From Amphiscolops sp. MND2022 (lineage: Eukaryota): a stretch of 64,000 bases of DNA. Below are positions 51,683-64,000 of this stretch, piece by piece. The translations under genes and the position numbers were made by a program. Every line of letters starts with the position of its first letter. The first letter of the stretch is position 1. Below the pieces are notes generated by a model. That model made no database searches and had not been told where the DNA came from. It saw only the letters and a list, made by a program, of their open reading frames with translations. The DNA is taken from NCBI GenBank assembly GCA_964187785.1, contig OZ076409.1:52268001-52332000 (forward strand). Reading direction: 5' to 3'.

Positions 51683-54600
51683 TGTAACGGGGCTACAAAC
51701 TACTCGGCTAGAAAACGAGAAAGGAACAATACAATTAATTAAACTCAAGTGACAGTAATCTAAATTAAATACCATTGAAGTGACCATTTAAATGGTATAG
51801 TCTTTGTTCATTGTTGTTGATGAATAGTCGTAAATTAATACCAGCAACATTGTAGACCATCATACTGATGGTCCATCCAGTTTCACCACATGGTCTTATA
51901 CGAATTAGATTCTTGTCCCGCTTCCTCTTGTTCCTGAAACAATAGAAGTTATTTAGAAACTATTTCCAAACTAAAGTTTACCTTATACTATAACATGGCG
52001 CTGCGAGCATCCGAACAATCGCGAGGACCGCAAGCAATCGCAGGCTTACCCAGCTATTGGACTGAAGCGTCAAAAGCACCCACACTCGAGTGGGAGAAAG
52101 AAATAGACCTCTTCGAGGTAGCCTTGATGGCGAAAAATAATATATCAATAACCGAGCTGACAAAGACGACGGGGACAAAAGAGAAGAGTCTAATGGGAGA
52201 TTTAGACGAGATAGCAGCAATGAAAAAGGCCATCAGCTTCCTATACTTAGCACTGGGATCCGCAGGAAAATCAATAGCAGACAAACTCCCAGCAACAAAC
52301 ATCGTAACAGTGACACTAACGGACCTATTACAAAATTACAAGGAATGTTTCGAAAAACGAAACGTTAGACAGGTTAATATTTCTGTCTAGAAAACAAAAA
52401 GGAGAATCGCTCAAGCAATTCTGGAACGAAATGAACGGACTGGCTTCAAAATGCAACTTTGGCACTATAACTGAAAGTTTAGTGAAAGACGTATTCATCG
52501 TGAATCTGATCAACAAAGAGGTACAGCAGAAATTATGTACCGAACCAAAAACAACTGAACGACAATATAAAGTTTGCGATAGCATACGAAGAGGTAACTA
52601 TCAGACAACAATCATTCGACAACATGGAAAAACTCAAAATAAAAACAGAATTGCCGGAAATAAACAACATAAACCAAAATGCAAAAAGATGGGGACCGCA
52701 AAGAAATGCTTCCGTTGCGAAGGAATTTTCACCCCACAACATTTGAAAGAATGCAAGGCAATAGGAATAACTTGCATGAAATGTGGAAAAAAGGGACACT
52801 TTGCGAAGTGCTGCCAAACAAAAGGGCCTGGAAATTTCGCAAAAAGTAGAAAAGTCGCAAAACCACCACAACGGATACAATGAATTGATGAATGGAGTGA
52901 CAGTGAAAACGAAGGATCAATAGTAGATGAAGAAAAAATGGTACTAACCATAGAAGATGACGAAAATTGACACTTCACGATGAAAAAAAAGTAACGGAAA
53001 TGAATTCCAGACAATGGTAGACTCAGGATCACCAGTAACAATATTCGAAATAGATGAACTAAAGAAGATAATGAAACGGAAAACATTATTCATTAGAGAA
53101 CTACCAAGTGATGAAGAATACGTGGATTTCAATCGAAAGAAACTCAACCTATTGGTATACATCTTCTGTAATCTAGAAGTCGGTGAAAGCAAACTTCACG
53201 AAGCCCGAATATTAATTGCACAGAAGGGAGCAAAATCACTCATTGGGAGAGATTGGTTGAAAGCTATCAACTACAAATTCGTATCAGCCAACCAAATTGA
53301 AGGTAAACAAGCTATTTACAAAATTAGCAGTAATTCAAAACAACCAAGTAAATTAAACAATCGAGCGAAATAGAGAAAGAAAATGAAAAGAGCTTTCACA
53401 ATGAAGTGAATGAATAAACAAAATTGAAAGAACAATTTAGTGAACTATTTACAAGACAAGGGCAGTTAATAGGCCATGACGTCAAAATAGAATTCAAACC
53501 ACATGCAAAGATAACACAACAAAAAGGTAGGAGAGTACCTATTCAACTGCAAGATGCGGTGCCCAAAGAAATAGAAAGATTGATGAATGAAGGACACATC
53601 GAAAAGGTAACGGAAGTAACTGATAATGAATTCATACAGCCGATAGTAAAAACAGTGAAAAGAGAGTGTCGAAATAGCACTCGTCGCACGCGCATTAATT
53701 AACGATAATGTAAAAAATAAATGCCAAATCTGGAACATCTAGTCGGTATGGTAGCAGAACAAGACACGGAAAATAAAGGAATAGCATGGTACACTTCCTT
53801 AGATATGCAATACGCATATGGACAAGTACCATTAGATAAACAAACCGCGAAACACTGTAATCTCCAGATAGTTGGAGGGAAAGCCAACGGAACGTATAGA
53901 TTAATAACAGATTTCTACGGTTTAACAGTAATGCCAACCGAATTCCAAAAAGGCAATGGATACCAAACTAGCCAACATTCCAAACACTTATGTGTTTCTG
54001 GATGACATTCTAGTGGTAACAAAGGGATCTAAAGAAAACCACTACAAAGTTGTAAAAACAGTACTTACTAACTTAAATAAAGCTAACGTCAGATTAAAAT
54101 CGGAAAATTGCAAATTCGCGCAGAAAGAGATCGAATGGTTAGGATATAAATTAACCCAAACCGGATCCAGCCCGATAAATACAAAAATACAAGCAATACT
54201 CGAAAAATTGAAACCGAAAAACTTAAAAGAATTACGTTCATACCTGGGAGCCGTAAACCAGATGAACAGATTCATACCAAATCTAGCTCAATTGTGCTTT
54301 AAATTAAGACCACTGCTAAAAAAGGATAAACCATGGAATTGGGACGAAAGCCACGAAGAAGCCTTTAAAGAAATAAATAAACAAGTACAAAAAGTAGTAG
54401 AGGTCGGACACTTCAAGAGAAGTGAGAACATCCGTATATTCTGTGACGCTAGTAAAACAGGATTAGGGGCTATCTTGCAACAACATGAAAATGGATGTAG
54501 ACCTTTCCACTTTGCATCCAGATTCTTAACGCCATTAGAAGAAAATTATTCCATAAACGAATTGGAACTACTTGCTGTCGTATGGGCAATCGAACATTTC

Positions 54601-54690
54601 AAGAACTATTTATATGGAATAAAATTCCAAGTAGTGTCAGACCACAAGGCACTGGCAACAGTGCTAAAGGGAAATAAAAACAAAATACAC
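51683..54690 (+). mobile_element. Gypsy-type LTR retrotransposon, 3'-truncated (5' LTR, gag, protease, RT, RNase H)
   Basis: LTR ~51683-51995 (tgtaac...aaca); PBS TGGCGCTGCGAG; CMKCGKKGHFAKCC knuckle; VDSGS; LDMQYAYGQ; FLDD; CDAS, ELELLAV, SDHK. Confidence 0.93.
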
Positions 54691-54751
54691 ATGTTTATCA
54701 GCAGTCTATTCTACAATTGCACACCCCAAGAAGAAAGAAAAAGAAATTTAG

Positions 54752-55252
54752 AAAGTCGGCGCCATATCTAAGGCTCAAAATTGTAAAAGAGGGGACCATT
54801 TGACTTTAAAAAATTTCCCAAAAAAATTTTCCAAAATGTGATTTTTCAAGTGTCACAGTGCCGAAAAATGTAAAGGGGGGACCCTTTGGTATTTTTAGAC
54901 ATCCATTGTGTTGCAAAATAACGAAACAAATGAAGAGGGACCCTTTGGTGCAATCCAAACAATTTCAAAAAAAGAGTTGCATAGTGCCGAAAAAAAGTGG
55001 GACTAAGGGGGATCCTTAGTGTGTTTTCGAGGTTCTGGACGTGTTTTGTTTTTTCTTTTCGTTTAGGACGCCCTTCTGAGGTTCGAGTGTTTTGAACCTC
55101 CATAGTTCAAGTTGTTGAACAAATGAACAAAAAAGTGGACCTTACGCGAGAAAAAAAAGGAGTCGGGCAGATTTTCCAGTAAAATGCGCCGACTAAAAAA
55201 ACCACCAACTGTAAGAGTCGGGCACATTTCTACTAAAATGCGCCGACTAAAA
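54752..55252 (+). mobile_element. DINE-1/Helentron-like repeat with a duplicated 3' hairpin
   Basis: aaagtcggcgccatatctaaggctc start; two agtcgggc...gcgccgact-A(n) stem-loops. Confidence 0.65.
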
Positions 55253-57749
55253 TTACACCTAAGTGAACTTCAATCCACGGTTTTCTGAACAGAGGGTATG
55301 CCGAGACATTTAGGGAAACACATTTGAATGAACTTTTTCAATTTAGAGAGCAAATTGGACTATAGTGTGCACCAATGAAGCGCCATGATTGAAAACAATG
55401 TATATGGCAAGAATTTGGTCGAGATTTTTGCAAGAACTCGGAACACAATGAAATAACCTGCCAGGTCAGGTTTCTTGCATGATGTATATCATCTTGCAAG
55501 ACTTTTGGAAGATTTTTCCGATCACTTTGCATTTGAATTGGAAAATTTTTGTGAACACCTTGTTTTTGGACATGCTCGCAGATCATATTCCAGGAAGTAC
55601 GGAATAAAATAAAACAAGGCGGGAACGGCCAACGTTCAAGGTTGAAACAGAGTAAAACGTTTTAGATATTGAAGAGGGATATTATGGTGAAAGTTGCAGT
55701 GCTGAAAATACCCTTTTCGAGAATACCAGTAGGAGCAATAACCATAAGACTGGAAAATCGCTCTTCCCTGATTTGAAATATCATAACGCTATTGTTTCCG
55801 AAAGTCTTATAGTGCCGAAAACCTTTCAAAGGTTTTTCTATAAATACCTCTATGCCCGCAAAACGTTTTGTTTTTGCTATTTGCCGGATGGAGGTTTTGG
55901 TTTAAAAAGTCAGAAAAAAGTCGCATAGTTTTGAGAAAAACCAAGAGGACTTTCCTCTACCTTTGCAAGCACAGAAAAAGTTGGTTTATTGTGGGACTTA
56001 ATTGAGCGTACTCAGGAACCCTTTCATCGCCAGGCCTGGAAACCCTAATTGAACCCTCGGCCAGAAGACGGGAGCAAGTTGGTAACAACTTATAAAACCT
56101 ATAGAAACGTGTCAGTTCGCTTGTCTTAAAAAGCCACTACTTGTTACCCCCAGCAAAAGAAGCACATACTGGAGCGGGAGAATGCTTAGGTTGCTTGGAC
56201 AGGAAACCATAGTCTATCTAATCTCCTAAACATCCGTTATTCTCTCCTAGGGGATTTTTCTAACGTCGATTTAGAGCTCCGAGGCGACATGCTGTCACAC
56301 TCAAAGTCCAGACACGTCTCACAAGCATGTAAAAACGGGTTTGTATCATACATGAGATTTCACATTCACTCCCGAGGTCTAAAATGGCAATTAGCTGAAG
56401 TACATTATATTTGGAATTGTATTTGGAAAGTACATTATACACACTTCCAAATACTTGAAAATCGATATAAAGACAAAGTTATCAGTTAGGTATTGAAATG
56501 AGGTCTAAGCGAGTCTTCGACCTCCGGAACAGTCCATGCGAAAGTTGCATAAGACTTTTATCGAAATCGGGATGTCAGATTCCTGGGGCTAATTATCTGG
56601 CACGAGACGGACGGTACTACAATTTGATGCTTCGTATTCGACGCAGAATATGTGTTGTGTTCTCTTTCTTCTTCTGTACCTCTTTTCGGGGTGTCTCTCT
56701 GTATGGGTGCTCTTATATGTCCTCCTGACTTATTTTAGGTACCTGCCAAGTCGCTACCATTTTGGTTTGTGTGCGATGCTTTGTGTGCGATCGTTTGTGT
56801 GCGATTTTGACAAATTTCTGGCAGATGTTCTGTCACAAGGCTAGTGGACATTACAACTATAGTTGACGTTTTCAATCAAAATCTGTCGACTGAGAAACAC
56901 GAAATGAAGAATAAAACTATGATCTAAACGGAACATTCTTTGATGCAATACTTTCCCTTTTTCTTCCAGATAAAACGCGGAAAGATTTCAATTTTAGATC
57001 TTATTCTGAAAGAATTTTCAACTATTTTTCTGTCAGAATTTCACAAGCACTACTTTTCACTGAATACTTGCATTCTCGATCTCACTGATTCATTTCGGGA
57101 GCCGAAAAGTAAGTGATTTGGGTGAGTTATTGCTGGAGGCATTTTCTTCCAATAAATTTCTTTAGAATCAACCAAGTTTTGTTGTCTATCAACAACTCAT
57201 TTTCCAGACCATTCCAGGAACCGATTAAATCAGCATACTCTCATTACTTCATTAGCACAAGTGAAAACTAAAAGTGGAGTCTTTCACACAAAAACATTTG
57301 TGATGCCGAAAAAGCTACGTAGGAGTAAAAATTCTAGCGATACAAAAGCTTTCTTCGTCAAAAAGTTGATCTAATTGGTAGCCGCATGGTATTGAATTGA
57401 AAACAGTGATATGGTCGGTGATCACACAGTAAATCTAAAAGCTAAATACCTCAATTTTTTCTTATTGTTTTCATACAGTCAAAATGGGGCAAAAAAGAGT
57501 TCCTGGAAAATTTTAGCAAAAAATAGGCCTGATAAAAATCTTACGATGGAAACTGAAACCGATTTTAGGCTTTTCATAGGCATGCATACCAGTTTAGCTT
57601 GAAACTATTTCGAGTTGATGCTGCGAAAACACATATAAGAATGCTACCAAGAGAGAGAGAGAGACATGTTTCTGGATACTATGAACGTTCTTGCCAACTA
57701 GGTATGAAAACGTTTATTTCTAGTATTTCAAAGCTGAGAAACTAAAAGT

Positions 57750-58194
57750 AACAAGACGAGAACGTCTAAAGTCGGCGCTATATCTAAGGCTCAAAAAGCG
57801 CAAAGTTTTTAAAATATGCCCAGGACGTATTCATGAAAAGATCAGAAAACAGAGACAACCAAAGGGTGCCTTTCAAGCTCGATAAGACGCGGAAACCACT
57901 TTTTCCCCCAGTGGGAACAAAAAAACATTATTTTGAGAAAAAACTTCGGATTTTTTTTTCGTTCGGAAAATGTCTCGACCCTTTAGTCTCGTCCGGTTCT
58001 GTAGTTTACGTTAAAAAATAAAAAATGAAAGGGGGACCCTTTGGACTAAGTTTATATTGGCCGGACTTGGCCTTAGTTGTTTCAGGTGCTTCTCTATAGA
58101 ATTATAATCAGGACCGATCAGTGTGAGTCTGAAGAAAAAAGTCATTGTAAGAGTCGGGCCTTTTTCCTTAAATGGAAAAAGCGCTGACTAAAAA
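57750..58194 (+). mobile_element. DINE-1/Helentron-like repeat, apparently complete
   Basis: aacaagacgagaacgtctaaagtcggcg 5' end; 3' gagtcgggcc...gcgctgact-aaaaa hairpin. Confidence 0.68.
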
Positions 58195-58589
58195 GTGGCT
58201 TGATATGTGTTTTGTAAAACATTCTCAGCACCAGTATCGTTTATGTCAACAGATCAACAATATTTGAATTCTACTCAATGACATCAAAAATACTGGTATC
58301 ACTGGCACTCTCTGAAGTTAGACGAACAGAAAATGAGTCATAGGGAGATTTTAATTTTGTTGGCTCCCATTTTATTAAAACAGAACCACAAAGAAACGTT
58401 GAAAATAATCCGGAAGAGTAGTCTTCAAGGTAAAAGAAAGATTTTTTGGAAGTAGAGTTACGTACAACAGTGAAAAAAAGCTTTATCCTTTAAATTCCTA
58501 GTATCGATGGACTGAAATGCAATGTTTGCCGGACTTGCCTGCCAGAAACCAACCAACCGATTCACCCACTTCGTTCTTGTAATAATTAG

Positions 58590-58896
58590 AACAAGACGAG
58601 AACGTCTAAAGTTCGAGCTATATCTAAGGCTCAAAAAGCGCAAAACTTTTTTTTGAAAAAAACTTGAAAATTTCGGTTTTTTTCGGAAAATGTTGCAGAG
58701 TGCCAAAAAATCCGATTTGGGATTTATTACCATACACTCTGTTGCGAAATATCAAAAAACTCTAAAGGGGGCCCTTTTAAGACATTAAAAAATTTTCGGA
58801 AAAAGTCGCATAGTGCCGAAAAAAATCGAAAGGGTGGACCCTTTAGTCTCGTCCTAATATGTAGTTTACGTTGAAAGAGTAAAAAATGAAAGGGGA
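58590..58896 (+). mobile_element. DINE-1/Helentron-like repeat, interrupted by an LTR element
   Basis: Same 5' end as 57750; follows that copy until aaagggga|tgtcat. Confidence 0.65.
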
Positions 58897-61800
58897 TGTC
58901 ATATTAGGTTCATTCCGGTTCCTGACCTCTACCGAGTTTCAGTTAACAAACTGTCTAGTCTACCTGATTGTTGTAGATAAACAAAACATAATTACATATT
59001 AAATTAGATACTTTATACATACAAATTGGTATCTACGATACAGTCAGCGAACTATAGATTTTCTCTTAACTCTTTCTTTTAAACTAGATTTTAGTCAGAG
59101 AGAATAGAACATGGCGCAGTCAGCCAAATTTTAAACAAATTGACACCTTCTTAACAAACCAGTGCCATGACTGAAAAAGAGTACCAAACATTGAAGCAAG
59201 GGGTTCGGATGGAAACGCGATGTTCACAACGAGAAAGTGGTTACAACGATTCTGGCAGTTTACTGAAAAGAAACAAAAAAGAGACATTACACCACTAATA
59301 AAAGGAGAAGACATCACGGCAACCAAGTGGACAGGAAAAAACAACTTATCCAGGAAGATTTCATCTGGGGAGTGGGACCCGAAGCGTTGTACCAAATCAC
59401 CCGTGCTGAGTATAAAACGGACCGGACAGTTTCAAAAGTTAATACTTGATCTGCTATTCACCGAATACTACCTACCGAAGCGCACATACCACAAATGCGG
59501 AGACTTCTTCCGGGCAAAACAAACAAAAGAAGAAAAAGAAGAATCACCTGAAGAATTTTGGAGAAGACTAAATGAAATCGAAAAAGAAAGCAGTTTTAGC
59601 ACAATCTCAGCCGAAGAACTGTTGATATCCAAATATATGACAGAAATCACCGATAAAACGTTACGGGACAAAATGCTGGAAGAAAGACTCTAGCGCTGGA
59701 AAAGACGATTGAAATAGTTAAACAAAACACCTACGAAAAGAAAAACAAGAATTAACACAATAACGGAGGCGTTGACTTCGGCAAAAGAAAGAGACACAAT
59801 AAAAGAAGAACCGATTCAAAAATGGAAAAGTTCGGCGCAGACCAAAAATCAGACCGACAGGAAGTAGACCATGTAAATTTTGCGGGGCACCGAACTGGAC
59901 ACCAATACATAAGTGTCCAGCAATAGAAACAAATTGCACAAATGTGGGAGAAAAGGACACTATGCGAAAGTATGTAGACAGAATCATACCAACAACTTAA
60001 CAGTGAAAAGACTAATCGAAGAAGAAACCGATGACTGAGACAAAACATCAAGTGAATCAGACGAAAGTATCACATCAAAGAGATAAAGAAAATTGAAGAA
60101 AAAATCAAACATTATACGGTAACAGTAAAAAAAACGGGACAAAGAAAAATTTACCAGCGACACCGGATCACCGATAACAATAATGACATTGGACGAGAAG
60201 GTGCTAAAATTAACCGGAATACAGAAAAAAAACAAACAGATAACAAGACGTGAATAAGAACGAAGTAAAGTTCAGAGGAACGATTTCGGTAGAGGTGGAA
60301 TACGAGACTAACGAACAAAAAAATGGAAATCCTGATAATCGAAGGAACAGATATAACACCACTACTCGTGATGGATTGAATGAAGAAATTCAATTTACTA
60401 ATTGGCAGAATACAATTTAATCGCGAACAGCCAATCAGAACGCGAGAAAGTATTCAACAGATTTCCAGACTTGTTTGAATGTGATGAAACGATAAAAGAC
60501 ACCGAAATACACACCCAGTAAAAACCGGGACAACACCCTGTCAAACAAAAAACCAGACTGGTACCACTACACCTACAAGAGGATGTCGGGCGATAACTAG
60601 AAAAGTGAATAAAATTTGGAAAAAATAAACGATGTGGACGAAGGTTGTTTTGTATCACCGGCGACAATATTCGTAAAAAGCGACATGTCAGAAAAGATAG
60701 CAGTCGACTCACGGAAATTAAACGACAGTTTCATCGAAATGAGACCGTACATGCCGAACATGGAGGCACAATTACATAAATTTCGGTAGGAATTACTTGC
60801 AATCAAACAATACAATTGTTTTTATCAAAGTTAGACCTGAACTACGCATACAGACAGATGCAATTATCCGGGGACATAAGTCGACAATGTGTGTTTGCGA
60901 TAACCGGGGGAAACTTAGCGGGAATTAGCTTTTCCCCAAAAAAGATTTTACGGTCTGGCCGACATACCCACAATATTTCATGGAAAAACCAACCGAACAC
61001 TCGGATACAGTACATCGGCTTGGTTAGATGATTTAATTGTAGTGACCCGAGGAAGTAATCAAGATCACTAGAAAGAACGATTCGATATACTTAATAAACT
61101 GGAGAAAGCCGGTTACCGAGCAAGCAAAAAACTTTTCATGTGCCAATCAAAGTGGTTGGGCCACGAGATCGACAAAATTGAAATAAAACCGAAGGAAGAA
61201 AAAGTAGAAGCTATTCTAAAATTGGACCCACCGAAAAATTCAAAAGAAATTAAATCTTTTCTCGGGGCAATCAAATAATGGCAAACTTTCTACCGACACA
61301 TTTGGAATTAACGGATCCACTCCAAAAAGTATTTTAAAAAATGAAATGTGGACTTGGGGAACCGAACAGAACAAGAAGAAGACTTCGGAAAGATAAAACA
61401 GATGTTAACCGAAGGCCCGTGTCTACCACATTATGCAAAAGACAGGTTACATAGTAACAACCGACGCTAGTACGACCGGACTGGGGATTACACTAAGGCA
61501 AAGGCAAGATGACGGAAATACGAAACCGGTAGCATACGGATACCGGTATCTAAACGAAATATTTGAAAAAATATTCAATCGGCGAACTAGTATTACTGGC
61601 GGTGATATGGGGGTTAGAAAGATTCGATTTTATCTCTACGGAAAGAAAGTACACCTTTAATCACATCACCAAGCAATAGAACCACTGATAAAAAGAAACC
61701 GGAGCAAAAAACAGTTTAGCACGAGATTAACAAAATAGTTGGACCGCCAAACTCACTACAATATAGCAAAACAGCATATTGCAGGCAGCAACTCGGAATT

Positions 61801-64000
61801 CACCGATTATTTCACCAGAAATCCGGTAGGGGAAGCCATGCCTAAAGAAAATTTTTGTGAAGAATTCGTGATAAACATACCTGCCGAACAAGCAGACTTA
61901 AATTGTTTGCGGGCCAATCAAAACTCAGCCAAACTATAACAAACTATAAACGAAAGAAAAAAGAATGATTCCAAGAAAAAAATTGAGCGAACCAATCACA
62001 ATGGAATGGAACATTCGAGAACGAACACCACGTGAACAAACCAAACAAAGCAAAATAAAAACACCCGGGCAATCCGAAATTAACACTTTGAAAAGCAGTC
62101 AATCGTTTAAAGATAAAGAATGAAAGAAAATGGAAAGAGAAAAATTTTACCACTGGGGAGCCACTCGAGAAATATTGGACATCATTAAAAGGAGAAATAA
62201 CAGCCTCCAGACAAAAAGACTGGTGGAGCAACGGAACGCATTATCCCGGCTAGGAACACTGAGACGCTGGTACACGAAGTAAAGTTCAGAGGATAGATTT
62301 TGGTAGATATGGAATTCGAGAAAAGAAACAAAAAGTGGAAATCCTGATAATCGAAGGAACAGATATAACACCACTACTCGTGATGGACTGAATGAAGAAA
62401 TTCAATTTACTAATTGGCAGAATACAATTTAATCGCGAACAGCCAGTCGGAACGCGAGAAAGTATTCAACAGATATCCAGACTTGTTTGAATGTGATGAA
62501 ACGATAAAAGACACCGAAATACACATCCAGTTAAAACTGGGACAACACCCTGTCAAACAAAAGACCAGACTGGTACCACTACACCTACAAGAGTATGTCG
62601 GGCGAGAACTATAAAAAGTGATATAAATTTGGAAAAAAAGCGATGTGGACGAAGGTCGTTTTGTGTCACTGACGGTAATATTCGTAAAATGCGACAAATC
62701 AGTAAAGATAGCATTCGACTCACGAAAATTAAATGACAGTTTCATCACAATGAGACCGCACATGCCGCACATGGAGGAACTATTAGTAAATTTCGGTAGA
62801 AATTACTTGCGACCAAACAGTACAATTGTTTTTATCAAAAAAACATGAACTAGGCATACAGACAGATGCAATTATCCGAGGACACAAGGCGACAATGTGT
62901 TTTTGCAAAAACCGGGGGAAAGCTAGCGGGAATTAGCGATATATTCCATGACAAAATCAATCAAACACTCGGATACAGTACACCGGCTTGGTTAGATGAT
63001 TTAATTGTAGTAACCCGAGGAAGTAATCAAGATCACGAGAAGGAACGATTCGATTTACTTAATAAACTGGAGAAAGCCGGATACCGAGCAAGCAAAAAAC
63101 TTTTCATGTGCCAAACAAAGGGGTTGGGCCACGAGATCGACAAAAATGAATTGAAACCGAAGGAAGAAAAAGTAGAAGCTATTTTAAAATTGGACCCACC
63201 AAAAAATCCAAAAGAAATTTAATCTTTTCTCGGGGCAATCAAATAATGGCAATTTTTCTACAGACACATTTGGAATGAACGGATCCACTCCAAAAAGTAT
63301 TTTAAAAAATGGAATGTGGACTTGGGGAACCGAACAGAACAAGAAGACTTCGGAAAGATAAAACAGATGTTAACCGAAGGCCCGTGTCTACCACATTATG
63401 CAAAAGACAGGTTACATAGTAACAACCGACGCTAGTACGACCGGACTGGGCATTACACTAAGGCAAAGGCAAGATGACGGAAATACGAAACCGGTAGCAT
63501 ACGGAAGCCGGTATCTAAACGAAACTGAAAAAATATTCAATCGGCGAACTAATATTACTGGCGGTGACAAGGGGGTTAGAAAAACTCGATTTTATCTCTA
63601 CGGAAAGAAAGTACACCTTTAAACAAACCACCAAGCAAAAGAACCACTGATAAAAAGAAACCGAAGCAACAAACAGTTTAGCGCGAGATTAACAAAATAG
63701 TTGGACCGCCAAACTCACTACAATATAGCAAAACAGCATATTGCAGGCAGCAACTCGGAATTCACTGAATATTTCACCAGAAATCCGGTAGGGGGAGCCA
63801 TGCCTAAAGAAAATTACTATGAAGAATTCGTGATTAACATACTTGCCGAACAAGCAGACTTGAACTAGGCATACAGACAGATGCAATTATCCGAGGACAC
63901 AAGGCGACAATGTGTTTTTGCAAAAACCGGGGGAAAGCTAGCGGGAATTAGCGATATATTCCATGACAAAATCAATCAAACACTCGGATACAGTACACCG
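58897..64000 (+). mobile_element. Degenerate Gypsy-type LTR retrotransposon with internal tandem duplications of pol; runs off the window
   Basis: 5' LTR ~58897-59111; PBS TGGCGCAGTCAGC; gag GDFFRAKQ and a CCHC remnant; DTGS protease; LDLNYAY, WLDD, TDAS. 60261-62274 is repeated from 62275, with a partial further repeat from 63861. Confidence 0.92.

Overview
AT-rich, repeat-dense eukaryotic DNA, most likely from an invertebrate animal (GT-AG introns, metazoan-type transposons); the species cannot be fixed from the sequence. I can reconstruct one host gene: an 8-exon class I phosphatidylinositol transfer protein (PITP, 285 aa, + strand, 22456-46533). Most of the rest is transposable-element DNA: APE-type LINEs (one with a 2A-like peptide), three CRE-like RLE retrotransposon fragments, a BEL/Pao remnant, three Gypsy-type LTR elements, two hAT transposons with TIRs and 8-bp TSDs, a pogo-like fragment and DINE-1/Helentron-like repeats. 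Two structures stand out. (1) Three near-identical ~2.63-kb units, each bracketed by (ATT)n arrays and carrying clustered CTATGG/CCATAG end motifs, are stacked in the (TAA)n tail of a LINE inside PITP intron 5. (2) A nest of GG...CC MITEs from three terminal-repeat families shares an internal core and sits in the endonuclease region of CRE elements, two of them at the same target bond. All calls come from reading motifs by eye; no database searches were run.
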